In this document: piece by piece, positions 10,514-21,205 of the stretch | Layout of the letters: each line of letters opens with the position of its first letter | How positions within the stretch are numbered: the first letter of the stretch is position 1 | Origin: an uncultured Chthonomonadaceae bacterium | Lineage (GTDB): Bacteria; Armatimonadota; Chthonomonadetes; Chthonomonadales; Chthonomonadaceae | Assembly: GCA_963835065.1 (NCBI GenBank) | Contig: CAWIEK010000053.1 | Location: 64,001-128,000, forward strand | DNA: 64,000 nt | Reading direction: 5' to 3' | Position numbers and translations under genes: made by a program | The notes under the pieces: model-generated | Told to the model about the DNA's origin: nothing | The model's database searches: none | The model's input: only the letters and a program-made list of their open reading frames with translations

Positions 10514-12137
10514 TCACTTCTGCTGGCTTTGCAGGAACGCGGGCCAGTTGGGAGCGGCGTGGGCAAAGCCGAGATTGGCGTACTGCGGGTCGTAGCCCGT
10601 TGTGGCATCCACGCTGCTGGGGGTTTGCGGGCCGGGCAGGAAGATGCTCAGGCCGTTGGCATAGGATTCCTGGCCGTTGCTGTCATGCGCCGACATGAGG
10701 ATCGCGCCACTGGAACCGAGCAGGCTGGTTTGCACGCTGCCTGCCGCGCTTGCCAGGTCGGTGGGAACGCCGGAGCCGGTACGAATCTGGTCGGCAAAGT
10801 CATACAGGTCTTTGTACTCAACAAAGTCAAAGTATTGAGAATTGACTCGCGCCGCCTGTATCAGACTGGCTTGCGAACCGGCGTAGTTCTTCAGGCTGCT
10901 GCCGAAAGCGTTCACCGCGCTTGCAACCGCGTCCATTTTGGTCAAATCCGTCATGGATTGCGTGATGTTGGTTTCGTTCGGGTAGCGGGCAATGGTATCC
11001 GTAATGAGGTTGCTGCCGGAGTCGCAGGGGCCGACGGACGGGTTGGCTTGCAGATAGCCCAGCCAGGCGTCGTAGGGATAGCCGGCTCCGGGCGGGCTTT
11101 CCTCCGTGCCGACGAACACGCGGGCGGAACTGCGCAGGTCATACGCCACTTCTATCGTGCCTTCCAGCGAACAGTCAATCACTACCATATCCAGCGGCTG
11201 CGCCGCGTTCGCCAGGGCAAGGGGGAGTTCCTGCGTGGCGATCTGGCTGCCCGTCTGCGTATCCTGCGACAGGCCGCGCGTCGGCTTGCCCAATTTAGCG
11301 GCTACGCGCCCGTTCATCACCCGGCGCGTGGTGGCGCTGCGTTTGGCACGGGCGGCAGTACGGTTATCCACGCTCAACGCGCCCGAACCATGATCCCAAA
11401 CCACAACGCACATATGGTCGGCGGGATAATTGGTCGTGCCCCACTTCACGAAATCGGCCAGCGTCTGATAGCTGCCCATGTCTGAAGTTGCGTTGCCCTG
11501 ATCCGTCAGCGTATTGGTCGGCGGGTCGGGCAGGCGATCTCCATCCAGAACCGTCGTATCTCCCACCAGGTTCGCGTTGGTATCAATGCCGGGAGGCGCG
11601 ATTCTGTTCTGGTCGGCCAGGCTGTGCTTGCTGATCTTGTAGCGGCGCGTGCCGATAAAGGAGGGCGTGGTGTCCGGCGTGACGCTGCCGAAGTATTTGG
11701 CGGAGCTTGTCGTCTGCTTCCATTGCACTACGATATTGAGATTGGAATCCGAGCCGACCGAAGCCATTTGCGCGATGTTGATCAGGCTGTCGGGCTGCAG
11801 GTTGCTGGCGGCGTTGAGGTAGACCAGCACCGTCCAGGTGGCGCGTCCGGCCTGATGCGCATTCGCCGTACAAACGCCGCGCGCCGCGTTATTGGTGTTG
11901 ACAAACGGCGTTGTGCCGGAAGTGGGGTACGAACCCGTCGAAGCGCCGCCGCTACCGGCGATAGGCGTACTGCCGCTCGTGCCGTCTCGTGCCGGTTGTG
12001 CCGGTTGTGCCGGCGCTTGTAGAGCCGCCGCTCGTGGCGCTGCTGCCACCCCCGCCGCATCCCGACAGGGCGACAACGGCCAGACCTATCAGTCCGGCAC
12101 AGGCCGTCAGACAGCGCGCCGAATTTGAAATGAACAT
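10514..12137 (-). CDS. Clostripain-family (C11) lipoprotein; frameshift near 11990
   Basis: Signal peptide with lipobox LSGC in ORF 11952-12248 (ATG 12137); WTVLVYLNAASNL, VVWDHGSG, IEVAY, GTEESPPGAGYPY and GLSIFLP in ORF 10514-12076. Confidence 0.82.
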
Positions 12138-12395
12138 ACAACAAACTCCCTTCGTGAGAAGACGAACTTTGAAAAAGATAAATGCTGGAAGAGACACAAG
12201 TATTGACAGTATACGAGCGAAAAGTAAATTTTTCGTAAAAAGAGCCACTTCAAAAATAATTATCGCTTTGCTCCATCTTTTACCCCAATTTTATGTTTTC
12301 CCTCCATGCTATTCCTAACGAACCATCGTAACGCGCCACCCGCGTCACCTTACAGGTCTGATGAACAACATTACCGTTCCGAAGGAGATTTCACC

Positions 12396-13325
12396 ATGAT
12401 AGCATTACCGAATACCGAACAGGAAATAGGGAACAGGAAACAGGGAACAGGGAACAGGAACCTGTTACTCAACGCTCAACGCTCAACGCTCAACGCTTTT
12501 ACCTTAATTGAGTTGCTCGTCGTCATCGCGATTATCGCCATCTTGGCGGCGATCCTGTTCCCCGTGTTTGCGCAGGCGCGGGAAAAGGCGCGGCAGACAA
12601 GCTGCCTGAGCAACATCAAGCAGATCGGCACGGCCATGCTGATGTACTCGCAGGATTATGACGAGCAGTTCCCCACCGGGCGCTACAATCCCGCGTACCC
12701 CAATCCCGCCGATTATGGCAAAGGATGGGCCAGCGCCCTGTACTCGTATACCAAAAACGCGCAAATTCTCAAGTGCCCCGATGACGGCACGGCAAACGTC
12801 GCCACGTCCAGCGTTTCGCCCGCGCTGTACCCGGTCTCGTATGTCTACAACTACAACATCGCGCAGCAGCCCGGCATTGCCGGCCAGAACGCGCCCGCCA
12901 GCACGGTGCTGATGGGGGAAGTCGTAGGCGATCAGGCCAATGTAGTCGCATCGGGCGAACTGCCCTCGTCTTCAGTTCCCGTGTACTCCCCTGCCGGCAA
13001 CGGCCTGACGGTGCTGACGGCGATAGACGGCAGCGCCATGCCGGGTGTGGCCGGAGCCGTCAAGTACGACACGGGGCCGATGGGCGGCTACCAATTGGCG
13101 GCAGCGCCGCAGGTTCCGTACCCGTCCCTGTTCAAGAACAGCACGGGGCGGCACTCGGATGGCAGCATCTTCTGCCTGGCCGACGGACACGCCAAGTTCT
13201 TCAAGCCGCAGGCGGTTTCTCCCGGCTATAATGCGGGCAGTTCCGACGCGCCGCAGGACAACTCCGTGTATACGGCAGCGGGAACCGCCGACTCGCGCCA
13301 CGCCGTCACTTTCAGCGCCAACTGA
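12396..13325 (+). CDS. Prepilin-type N-terminal cleavage/methylation protein (DUF1559 / H-X9-DG)
   Basis: [41 protein letters not shown]-terminal [25 protein letters not shown] before ATG 12396. Confidence 0.93.
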   Translation: MIALPNTEQEIGNRKQGTGNRNLLLNAQRSTLNAFTLIELLVVIAIIAILAAILFPVFAQAREKARQTSCLSNIKQIGTAMLMYSQDYDEQFPTGRYNPAYPNPADYGKGWASALYSYTKNAQILKCPDDGTANVATSSVSPALYPVSYVYNYNIAQQPGIAGQNAPASTVLMGEVVGDQANVVASGELPSSSVPVYSPAGNGLTVLTAIDGSAMPGVAGAVKYDTGPMGGYQLAAAPQVPYPSLFKNSTGRHSDGSIFCLADGHAKFFKPQAVSPGYNAGSSDAPQDNSVYTAAGTADSRHAVTFSAN

Positions 13326-13483
13326 TAGCCCTCAACTCCTGCCCCTTCTCCCAACCAGCGTGGGAGAAGGGGAAGTTACCTGTAGGTTCTTAGTGCGTGG
13401 GCCAAATGTTCGGGGGCATCTCAACACAATTTACCGCATCAACGCATTTTGGACAGCAGGAAAATTTTGTTCGTCCCAACGCC

Positions 13484-13512
13484 TTGACATTTCCAAAAAC
13501 CTGTGCTATATT
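13484..13512 (+). promoter_or_regulatory. Sigma70-type promoter of the tRNA pair
   Basis: TTGACA-17 nt-TATATT with an extended -10 TG. Confidence 0.8.
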
Positions 13513-13545
13513 ATTCCTGCACGACCTGAGAGTGTCCACTCTTCA

Positions 13546-13626
13546 GGGGAAGTGGTGAAATGGTAGACACGCATGCCTTAGGAGCATGTGCCTCACGGCT
13601 TCAGGGTTCGAGTCCCTGCTTCCCCA
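13546..13626 (+). tRNA. tRNA-Leu (anticodon TAG)
   Basis: Acceptor stem GGGGAAG/CTTCCCC, anticodon arm CATGC-CTTAGGA-GCATG, long variable arm, GGTTCGAGTCC T-arm; CCA not encoded. Confidence 0.95.
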
Positions 13627-13652
13627 TGTGTGAATGCCAATCCGCTGTCTGT

Positions 13653-13724
<72 letters not shown>

Positions 13725-13726
13725 TC

Positions 13727-13768
13727 CGCCCATTCTCAATCCAACTGCTTTGAGAATGGGCGTTTACT
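13727..13768 (+). terminator. Intrinsic terminator after the tRNAs
   Basis: CGCCCATTCTCAA...TTGAGAATGGGCG followed by TTTACT. Confidence 0.75.
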
Positions 13769-13892
13769 TGTAAGTCCTCCGCCCCATCTGTACCAGATTC
13801 TTATCCGTTCTGTACCTGTATACTCTCCCAACTCCTGAAACCCTGAACATCTACTCGTGAACTCAATCGCTCAACACAAAGGAAATTCAGCC

Positions 13893-14378
13893 ATGCGTCT
13901 ACGCACCCCTCTGTTTTGTCTGGCAGGTCTCGGTTTCGTCAGTCTCGTCGGCTGCGGCGGCGCTACTATCGGCACACTCCGCAATGCGCAAGTATCCATT
14001 TATGAAGGCAGTTACGAGGGCGGCTACACAGGTATTCGTGGCGAAAAGGGAGCCATGAAAATCAGCGTAGCCAGAGACGCCTCTTTCCTTGGCACGGTTA
14101 CGGATGGCATAACCGGCAAAACGGGTCCTCTCAGCGGCATCGTCTCGCAGGATGGTCATTTCAAAGCTTCCTACCACTATGTCAACGAAACCACGCAGTA
14201 TTCGGGAACCGGCATTATGACGCCTCCCGTTACCCTTCCTGCCAGCTCGTCAACTGCCAACGGCGTGACAACCACAATCCCTGCCATGCGGGGCTTCAGC
14301 GGCACATGGAACCTGACAACCCCGACGGTCACGACGTACACTTTCTCGATTTCCGGCGAAACAGGCACTGCGCAATAA
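13893..14378 (+). CDS. Hypothetical beta-rich lipoprotein
   Basis: MRLRTPLFCLAGLGFVSLVGC lipobox; AAAGGA RBS; G/T/S-rich; terminator-like hairpin at about 14408-14443. Confidence 0.75.
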   Translation: MRLRTPLFCLAGLGFVSLVGCGGATIGTLRNAQVSIYEGSYEGGYTGIRGEKGAMKISVARDASFLGTVTDGITGKTGPLSGIVSQDGHFKASYHYVNETTQYSGTGIMTPPVTLPASSSTANGVTTTIPAMRGFSGTWNLTTPTVTTYTFSISGETGTAQ

Positions 14379-14509
14379 GGCTGCGCTGAAATCAAAACAT
14401 TAAGCATAATGCCTCTGCGCGAAATTTCCGCGTGGAGGCATTACGCATGTTTCCGGTTTACAACTCTTCCCCGAATTAGAGCCTATTTCAATAGGCCGGG
14501 AAAATGCAT

Positions 14510-17078
14510 TTAAGGAGTAGTTTGCGTTATTGTTTGATATACAGCAGGGGGCACGGGAAAGCCGTTTCTGCCGTCTGCGGGATTGTCGTTGAATAATGGG
14601 CCGAGGCCGATTTGCGCGATATACAGGGCGGCGAACAGATCGGCGTGAGTTAAAGTTGCGTCCGGGTTGAACAGCAGTCTGCCTTCAGGCGTTCGGTGTC
14701 CTAAACCGTCCCACAGTTCCGAGGTAATGTTATGGTCATAAAGCGTTTCCACCGGGGAAGAGGTATTTGCGTCCACATCGGCGTAGTGTGTGGCTCCGGC
14801 GATGCGGGGAGTTTGCCAGTTCAGGACGCGCATCAGCCAATTCGCCACCTCCCGGCGCGTGACAGGCGTATCCCCATTTAGCGTTTGCAGGCACTCGCGT
14901 ACCGCATTGGTATCGGCGGGTGTGCCCATGTACGGATAATAGCCGCGTACAACAGTTTGCAGCGACGTTCCATTCCCCATCTCCACACTGCTCAACAATT
15001 GCTCTCCCGGCGCGGCGCGTTCGGCCAGTTTTTGCAGCATCTGCGCCAGTTCTTTGCCGGTTGTCGGCGCGTCGGGCTTGAAGGTTTCCTCGCCTAATGT
15101 GAAGCCGCGCGCCACGAGGTACTGAATGGCGCGGTAATGGCGGTGTGTGGGCTTTACGTCCGACAGATACGATAGCATCAAATTTGGGTCGGGGTTGAGG
15201 TTGGAAGCGTGGGGCAGCAGTTCTTCCTGCACCTGACGGGCGGGAACGTCGCGCGCGATTTTGTTGTAGCGGATGCCCAAATACGCGCCAATCGCCGCCG
15301 CTTGCCCGAACTCCATGCGTACCGGTTCCAGTCGGTACGTGCCGAAACTGACGTGCGTGGACGATACCGCCGTCGTCACCCACACGTTATCCAATCCCTG
15401 CGGAATCAAAATGCCGAGCGGCAGTTGATGCCAGGGCGTTTCCTTGTACAGCCACCACTCCCCTTCGCCCATGTCCGGGCGATCCCAATCGGTCTTGACG
15501 CGAACGGCATGGGAATCCATCGGGTAATCGCCAATGCCGATGCTTTCCGGGCGAACAAAAGAACGCGCGTCCGTCACGTCGGTTTCGTCCGGCAATTGTT
15601 CCCCCACAATGCGCCGGCCTTCGCGTACATACAGCAGAGGCGGAAAGCCGTTCGTGTCGCGGTACTCATCGTCGGGAGCGCCAAGCTGCTTTTGCCCCAA
15701 TTCCGTTTGTATGTAGTACAGGTAGCCGAGTACATGGTCGCGGTATTGCCGTTCTATCCGATCCCGTGTCGCGTAATCCGTTGTGGGATAGGGGTAGTTA
15801 ATCTCCTGCAAATCGCCGCCCTGTGGATGTTGGTTCAGTTCGTACTTGTTCTGCGGCAGTTTGCCCGACGTAAACGCCCACGAGTCTTTCCAGCCGGGCG
15901 AGTGGATAAAGTCTTCGCGCCTGTATCCCGGCGGCTTTGGAATGGTCTTGTCCACGTTCGCGCCGTAATCCTTGACCACAAACAGGTACGCGTACGACTG
16001 AATCCGCCTGTCGCCTTCACCTGTGCTGCCCGGAAGCGGGCTGTCATGGGCGCGGTCATAATAAATCACGCCATTGTGCGGTTCGCGCTTGCTGCGGGGT
16101 TCCCGTCCCACGCGAAACTTCGCGCCCGCCCATGCCGCCAGATCGCCGCAGTCCGTCGCGTCAATGAACATGGGCGCGGTCAGTTCCATGCGTCGCGCCG
16201 GTCGGCTTGTTCTGCCCGTCAATCTCCTCGATGTCAACGGACGTGACCCGCTTGCGCTCGGAAGAAACACCACTGCGCTCCGTATGCACCCGCGCCAATC
16301 GCGCATGGCGAAACACGGTGATATTGGGCTGCTCGAACACCAGTGACTTCATGGCGTTGTGCGCAATGCGCGGCTCGTAGCGCAGGCCGTCCGTTTTCAC
16401 GCCCTCCGCCGCGTACAACTCCTTCACGCGCTGCGCAAACCGTACCAGAAACCCGCTGGCATGATAATCACGGCGCAGGTCTGTCGCGCTCAGGCCATTG
16501 ACAGGCATCCCGCCCAATCGCGTTGTCGGCTCTATCAGCGCCACTTTCAGCCCCCGCCGCGCCGCTTCCACCGCCGCCGCCACGCCTCCCGAACTCAGCC
16601 TGCATAATGACCACATCGAAGTCGAAGCCCTTGGCCGCGAAAAGACAGGTTAGTTCCGGCTTACGGGATTTAGCTCTTTGCCAGATGAAGCCAGTTTGTC
16701 AACGGGGCGTGGCAGAAAAGCGAAGGTGCAGTCCACGTCCTCGCGGGGCGTGGAAGCGGTGTCGCCCTGCAGAGCCACAATGGAATAATGATGAACTGAG
16801 TAGTGCGCAAGTCCCGTATCCGCATAATCCTGCGCGGTGGCGGGAAGGGTGGCAATGGTTTTGCCGTCGCGCTGCAATCGGTAGCCGGTGGCGTTCTGCG
16901 CGGGCAGCCAGTAGCAGTGAATTTCGCTGATGGAAACGGCAACGGCTTCAAACGAGCGGGGCGCGGGAAGTGTTGCCTGCTGCGCAAACGCGGATAACGA
17001 AGATGCTGCTGTCAGACTGGACACGCTCAGGGCGAACGCAAGGAGTGAAAACAAACGGGAAATCATGCGCAATGCCAT
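14510..17078 (-). CDS. Secreted FAD-dependent oxidoreductase with FN3-like N-terminal domain and C-terminal SLH-like repeats; at least 3 frameshifts
   Basis: Signal peptide and WLPAQNATGYRL...DYADTGL...HYSIVA (FN3-like); FDVVI..SGGVAAAVEAARRG; FIDATDCGDL; LYVREGRR; RLEPVRMEFGQAA; LSDVKPTHRHYRAIQYL...FKPD and FNPDATLTHAD (SLH-like). Confidence 0.82.
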
Positions 17079-17313
17079 AGTGTTGACCTTTGGAAACGAT
17101 GGAAATGTACCCTGACATACGAAAACGAGCGGAACTTGTTGGCATGAAGAACGCGCCTTTTGGCTCATACGAAATCAGACTGTGATTCTATTTTTGAGGC
17201 GATTATCTCACTGCCTCTTGCGAAAATTAATTTGCGTCTATTCGCGTGTATTTGCGGCTACATTCTTTTGAATACTCTGACATGGCGAAAGGAAAGCGCC
17301 GGAGGAAAAGTTC

Positions 17314-18129
17314 ATGGATTGGAACGGACGGGTGGCGATTGTTACGGGCGGCGCGTCGGGTATTGGGGAAGCCACAGCGCGGGAGTTTGCGCGTGAGGGC
17401 ACACGTGTTGCCATATTCGACATCAACGCGGAAGCCGGGGAAGCGATTGCCGCCGAATTGCGTTCTGAGGGCGGGCAGGCGTTTTTCGTGCGCGTGGATG
17501 TTGCCGATGCCGCGCAGTGCCGCGAAGCCGTTCAAAGTTTTGTGGCGCGGCAAGGACGATTGGATTATCTGGTCAACAGCGCGGTCAGCTTTGTAGGCAA
17601 GGGATTGGACGCGACCACGCCGGATTGGGAGCGCAGTCTGGGCGTCAACGTGCAGGGCAACGCGAACATGGCGCAGGCGTGTCACAGCGCGATGAAGCAA
17701 ACGAGTCCGGGGAAACCGAAAGGCGGGGGCGCAATCGTCAACATCAGCAGCATTTCCGCCCATGTCGCGCAGCCCAACCGCTGGACGTACAACGCCTGCA
17801 AGGGAGCCATTCTCGCCTTGACGCGCTGCCAGGCATTGGACATGGCCCCCGACAACATTCGCGTCAACGTCGTCAGCCCCGGCTGGACATGGACGCCCGA
17901 AGTCGCCAAAGCCGCAAACGGCGACAGAGCAAAATGGGAACCAATCTGGGGCCGCTTTTCCATGCTGCGGCGGTGCGCCGAACCCCGCGAAATCGCCCGC
18001 GCCATTCTATTCTTGTGCAGCGACGACGCCAGTTTTATTACGGGTACGGAATTGCCCGTAGACGGCGGCTATCTCGCCTTAGGAAGCGAAGGATTGGGCG
18101 ACAACTCCAATTTCGCCGGAACCGCGTGA
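17314..18129 (+). CDS. Short-chain dehydrogenase/reductase (SDR)
   Basis: TGGASGIG, VNSA, NISS, YNACK, ITGTELPVDGG; GGAGG RBS. Confidence 0.93.
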   Translation: MDWNGRVAIVTGGASGIGEATAREFAREGTRVAIFDINAEAGEAIAAELRSEGGQAFFVRVDVADAAQCREAVQSFVARQGRLDYLVNSAVSFVGKGLDATTPDWERSLGVNVQGNANMAQACHSAMKQTSPGKPKGGGAIVNISSISAHVAQPNRWTYNACKGAILALTRCQALDMAPDNIRVNVVSPGWTWTPEVAKAANGDRAKWEPIWGRFSMLRRCAEPREIARAILFLCSDDASFITGTELPVDGGYLALGSEGLGDNSNFAGTA

Positions 18130-21027
18130 CTACTTCTTCACCGCTTCCGCCGCCGCGCGTCTCACGTCTATGAAGTCACGCGCCTGCAATGCGCCGAACT
18201 GATAACTGCCCGCGTCGTCCGCGTTGCTCTGGTGGAACGCGCCGGTTGTCGTGAGCAGATTGCGCAGAGCCGCCCCGACCTGCTCCCGGTCCCAATGCCG
18301 CGCTTTGCCGAGCAACAGGAGATACTCTACATCCTGTTGGGCGCGGCGCAGGGCTTTCAGGCGCAGGCTTGCCACCGGTCCCGTAATGCCGAAACGCTTG
18401 CCGGGCAGGAGCAGGGCGGTATCTTCGGCGCGGGTGTAGTTCTCGTCACTGCCTACCGTTTGCCAGGGCACGATGGCGTCGGCTCCCGCCAGCCAGGCGC
18501 GAACGGCCCATGCTTCCGCTTCCGTGTTGGAACGGCTGACCGCATTGGCCGTGCCGTAGTTCCACAGTCGAACGCCCTGCTGCTCCTGCATTTCGCGCAG
18601 GCGTGGGCCTTTGGTGAACAACTCGCCACTCACGACCAGCAAATCCACGTTGTTGTCCAGATAATCGCGCTGCCATTGCGGGCGGGAAATGTCCTCGCGC
18701 ATGGGCAGGGATACGCCCTTCACATTCCGCGTTCCCGCCGCGAACAAGTGATTAAAGTAGGCGAGCGCCAGCCAGTCGTCCCGATGGTTCGGCTCGTCGA
18801 GCAGCCACCACGACGTGCCCCTGCCTCCCATTTTCGGGTCTTTGTAGTAGTATTTGTCGTTCTGGTAGAACTGAAAGTCCGTGCGCGTCCATTGCTTCTG
18901 TTGGAAATGTTCGGCAAACTGATGCGCCACATTGGTAAACCCGGCTGCGAATTGGGCGTCTAACGCCTGTTCGATAGGCGGGGCGTTGAGGGCGTGTTCC
19001 GCAATCAGGGCGGGGTAAGCCGTTGTGGTCGCCTGATACTTGTAATGGGCGCGAATGTCACCCGGCCAGGCTTCGTGGAACGGCAGGTAGAAATGCGTGA
19101 TGGGAACGCCGGCGCGGGGCAAATCGGCAAACGCCGTGCCATCCAGATACGGCCCGAACTGCGTATCCCACGCCTGCCAGTCCGCCACGCGCAGGTTCGC
19201 GCCCTCTCCTTCTAACGGCGGCGCGTAATTGGTGGACACATTGCCCGTATGGGAATACCCCATAATCGCCAGCGTACTCCGATGCCGATGCGCCATGCGG
19301 TGATACTCGCGTTCCAACGCGCGGTATTCGGGCGTATGGTCATCCATGCCGAAATACTGCCCCACCGTGCCATACGTGTTGAGGCTGATGTCGAAGCCAA
19401 GCGTATCCGGCAGGGTCAGATCGTTTATGATAATCTCTATGGGAACCTTAAGGGGCGCGTTTCCCTCCGCCGTGACCGTAATCGCGCTTTGATAGGTTCC
19501 CGGCGCGACGTTACGCGGAACCAGAAACTCCATAAACACCGATTGATTGCGCTGACCGGGTACGGCGTTATCCTGGGCGGGAATGTCGAACGGTTTGGCA
19601 AGCGGAACGCATGCTTCGGGATACCAGTTGTTGCCGTCCTTGACATACCAATCCCGGAACAAGTCTGCCTGCGTTTTCCATACCAGTTTTGTATGCGGGT
19701 CCTGAAACCGTAGCGTATTTTGCACGTTCGCCTGCTTCAGCGCAGGCTTGACAGCCTCGATAACCAGATTGAAACCGACGATTTCATTTCGCGCCCCATG
19801 CAAACGTATGGCTTGTCCGGTCCAAACCGCGTTGGCGCTAAGATGATTAGGGCCGGTGTAGCTGGCATACCGCGCCGCGCCCGCATGTTCCAGCAGATTT
19901 CCATAAACGGGGTCGGCTTTTTCGGTATCGGGGTACGCCCACGCGCGCAGCGCGGCGTTGGAAACCGAAAGGGCGTTTGTGGGCTGCCCGATGGGAGGGC
20001 GGGGCAGGGGCGCAGGCTGTGGCTTGGCAGGCGAGGTCGTGCCTGTCACTCGCCTGCGTACTGTATGCGCTCCAATGGCGCTCAACGCGGTCAATTCAAC
20101 CCGGATGGTTTTGGAGGGCGGCAAGTCCGTCAGCAGAAACGTTTGCTTCTGTCCTGGTATGGCAAATGGAAGCACGGAACGAGTCACCGTTTGCCAATCC
20201 TCCGCGTCGTTTGTTTGTATGCGGGCGTCATACGCGAATGTACTCGCAGGCGTGGTAAACGTCACGCGCGCCGCGCCTTTACCAAATCCGGCATGAAGCG
20301 CATCCGGCGCAACAATAATATTAGTCGGGTAATTGATAGTTTTGTCCGTGTCCGGTGAACCCTCAACTGTGAGGTACGGCTGTGAGCTGGACTGTTCCCG
20401 TGAATACACATCATTATTCGCCGCCGTTTGCCCCTTTTCGTCCGAGACCGCCAGCCCGTAAGAAACGTTCGCCACCAGCGCCTGAACCAGTTTCGGCGCA
20501 ACGTTCACGGTAAACCAGCCGTCCTGCCCCGCCTGTCCCGGCTCCATGCGAATATCGGCGTAACTTGCGATTGTATGTCCCGCCGTGTACGACACATCCG
20601 TAAAATCCGTGTCCGGCCCCGCCCAGCGCGTTTTGCCGTTTTCGCTCCACAGGAAACTGGTTTCTCCCGGCTTGGCTTCCTGTACGCCCGTGCCCTCCTG
20701 CCAGGGCGCGCTGATAGTCGAAATACCCAACGTGCGTAATTTGCGGTCCGCATTGGCGTAGCGCAGGTGCAGCGTAGCCTTCGTCACCTTCCACCCGGCA
20801 ATGGGCGCGGTATCAAACTGAAACAGGGCAAGCATCTGTATGCCCTTCAAACGCAGCCGCGTACTCTGCCCATAGTTTGCATTGCGCTCGCCCTCATACG
20901 ACGACACATTGGTATCCGCCACGCAACGCAGTTTCACTTCGTCCGCCCGCGCGATTCGCGTAAAGAATGTTAGAAGCAAACAACAGACACTCACATTTAA
21001 CGAGTTCAAATCGCTAATTCCCTTCAT
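18130..21027 (-). CDS. Large secreted protein: DNRLRE/CBM96-like N-terminus and glycoside-hydrolase-like (DUF4091-type) C-terminus
   Basis: Signal peptide; ADTNV...NANYG...YSRE...PYLTV; LHGARNE; LLDEP; WNYG; SLRLKALRRAQQDVEYL. Confidence 0.7.
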   Translation of the reverse strand: MKGISDLNSLNVSVCCLLLTFFTRIARADEVKLRCVADTNVSSYEGERNANYGQSTRLRLKGIQMLALFQFDTAPIAGWKVTKATLHLRYANADRKLRTLGISTISAPWQEGTGVQEAKPGETSFLWSENGKTRWAGPDTDFTDVSYTAGHTIASYADIRMEPGQAGQDGWFTVNVAPKLVQALVANVSYGLAVSDEKGQTAANNDVYSREQSSSQPYLTVEGSPDTDKTINYPTNIIVAPDALHAGFGKGAARVTFTTPASTFAYDARIQTNDAEDWQTVTRSVLPFAIPGQKQTFLLTDLPPSKTIRVELTALSAIGAHTVRRRVTGTTSPAKPQPAPLPRPPIGQPTNALSVSNAALRAWAYPDTEKADPVYGNLLEHAGAARYASYTGPNHLSANAVWTGQAIRLHGARNEIVGFNLVIEAVKPALKQANVQNTLRFQDPHTKLVWKTQADLFRDWYVKDGNNWYPEACVPLAKPFDIPAQDNAVPGQRNQSVFMEFLVPRNVAPGTYQSAITVTAEGNAPLKVPIEIIINDLTLPDTLGFDISLNTYGTVGQYFGMDDHTPEYRALEREYHRMAHRHRSTLAIMGYSHTGNVSTNYAPPLEGEGANLRVADWQAWDTQFGPYLDGTAFADLPRAGVPITHFYLPFHEAWPGDIRAHYKYQATTTAYPALIAEHALNAPPIEQALDAQFAAGFTNVAHQFAEHFQQKQWTRTDFQFYQNDKYYYKDPKMGGRGTSWWLLDEPNHRDDWLALAYFNHLFAAGTRNVKGVSLPMREDISRPQWQRDYLDNNVDLLVVSGELFTKGPRLREMQEQQGVRLWNYGTANAVSRSNTEAEAWAVRAWLAGADAIVPWQTVGSDENYTRAEDTALLLPGKRFGITGPVASLRLKALRRAQQDVEYLLLLGKARHWDREQVGAALRNLLTTTGAFHQSNADDAGSYQFGALQARDFIDVRRAAAEAVKK

Positions 21028-21126
21028 TTATGAATGTCCTTCCCTACGGGTGGACGCCCGGATACAGCGATTTCCTGTTGCGAAACCGTTCTCTCAGGTA
21101 CGGGCTTTGCAATCTCTTCTTTCTGG

Positions 21127-21199
21127 CTTGACAAACGGTATGTTTGTCTTGACACACTGTACGTTTGTCTTGACACACTGTACGTTTGTCCGGTAACAT
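21127..21199 (+). promoter_or_regulatory. Three tandem 21-bp units forming the putative tnpB promoter
   Basis: CTTGACAAACGGTATGTTTGT plus 2x CTTGACACACTGTACGTTTGT; the last TTGACA is 18 nt from TAACAT, which is 6 nt from the ATG. Confidence 0.7.
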
Positions 21200-21205
21200 T
21201 GTGGT

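Noticed and set aside
21127..21189. CRISPR-like mini array next to a TnpB/Cas12-like gene
   Set aside because: The units are contiguous 21-mers with no unique spacers, and no cas genes are present.
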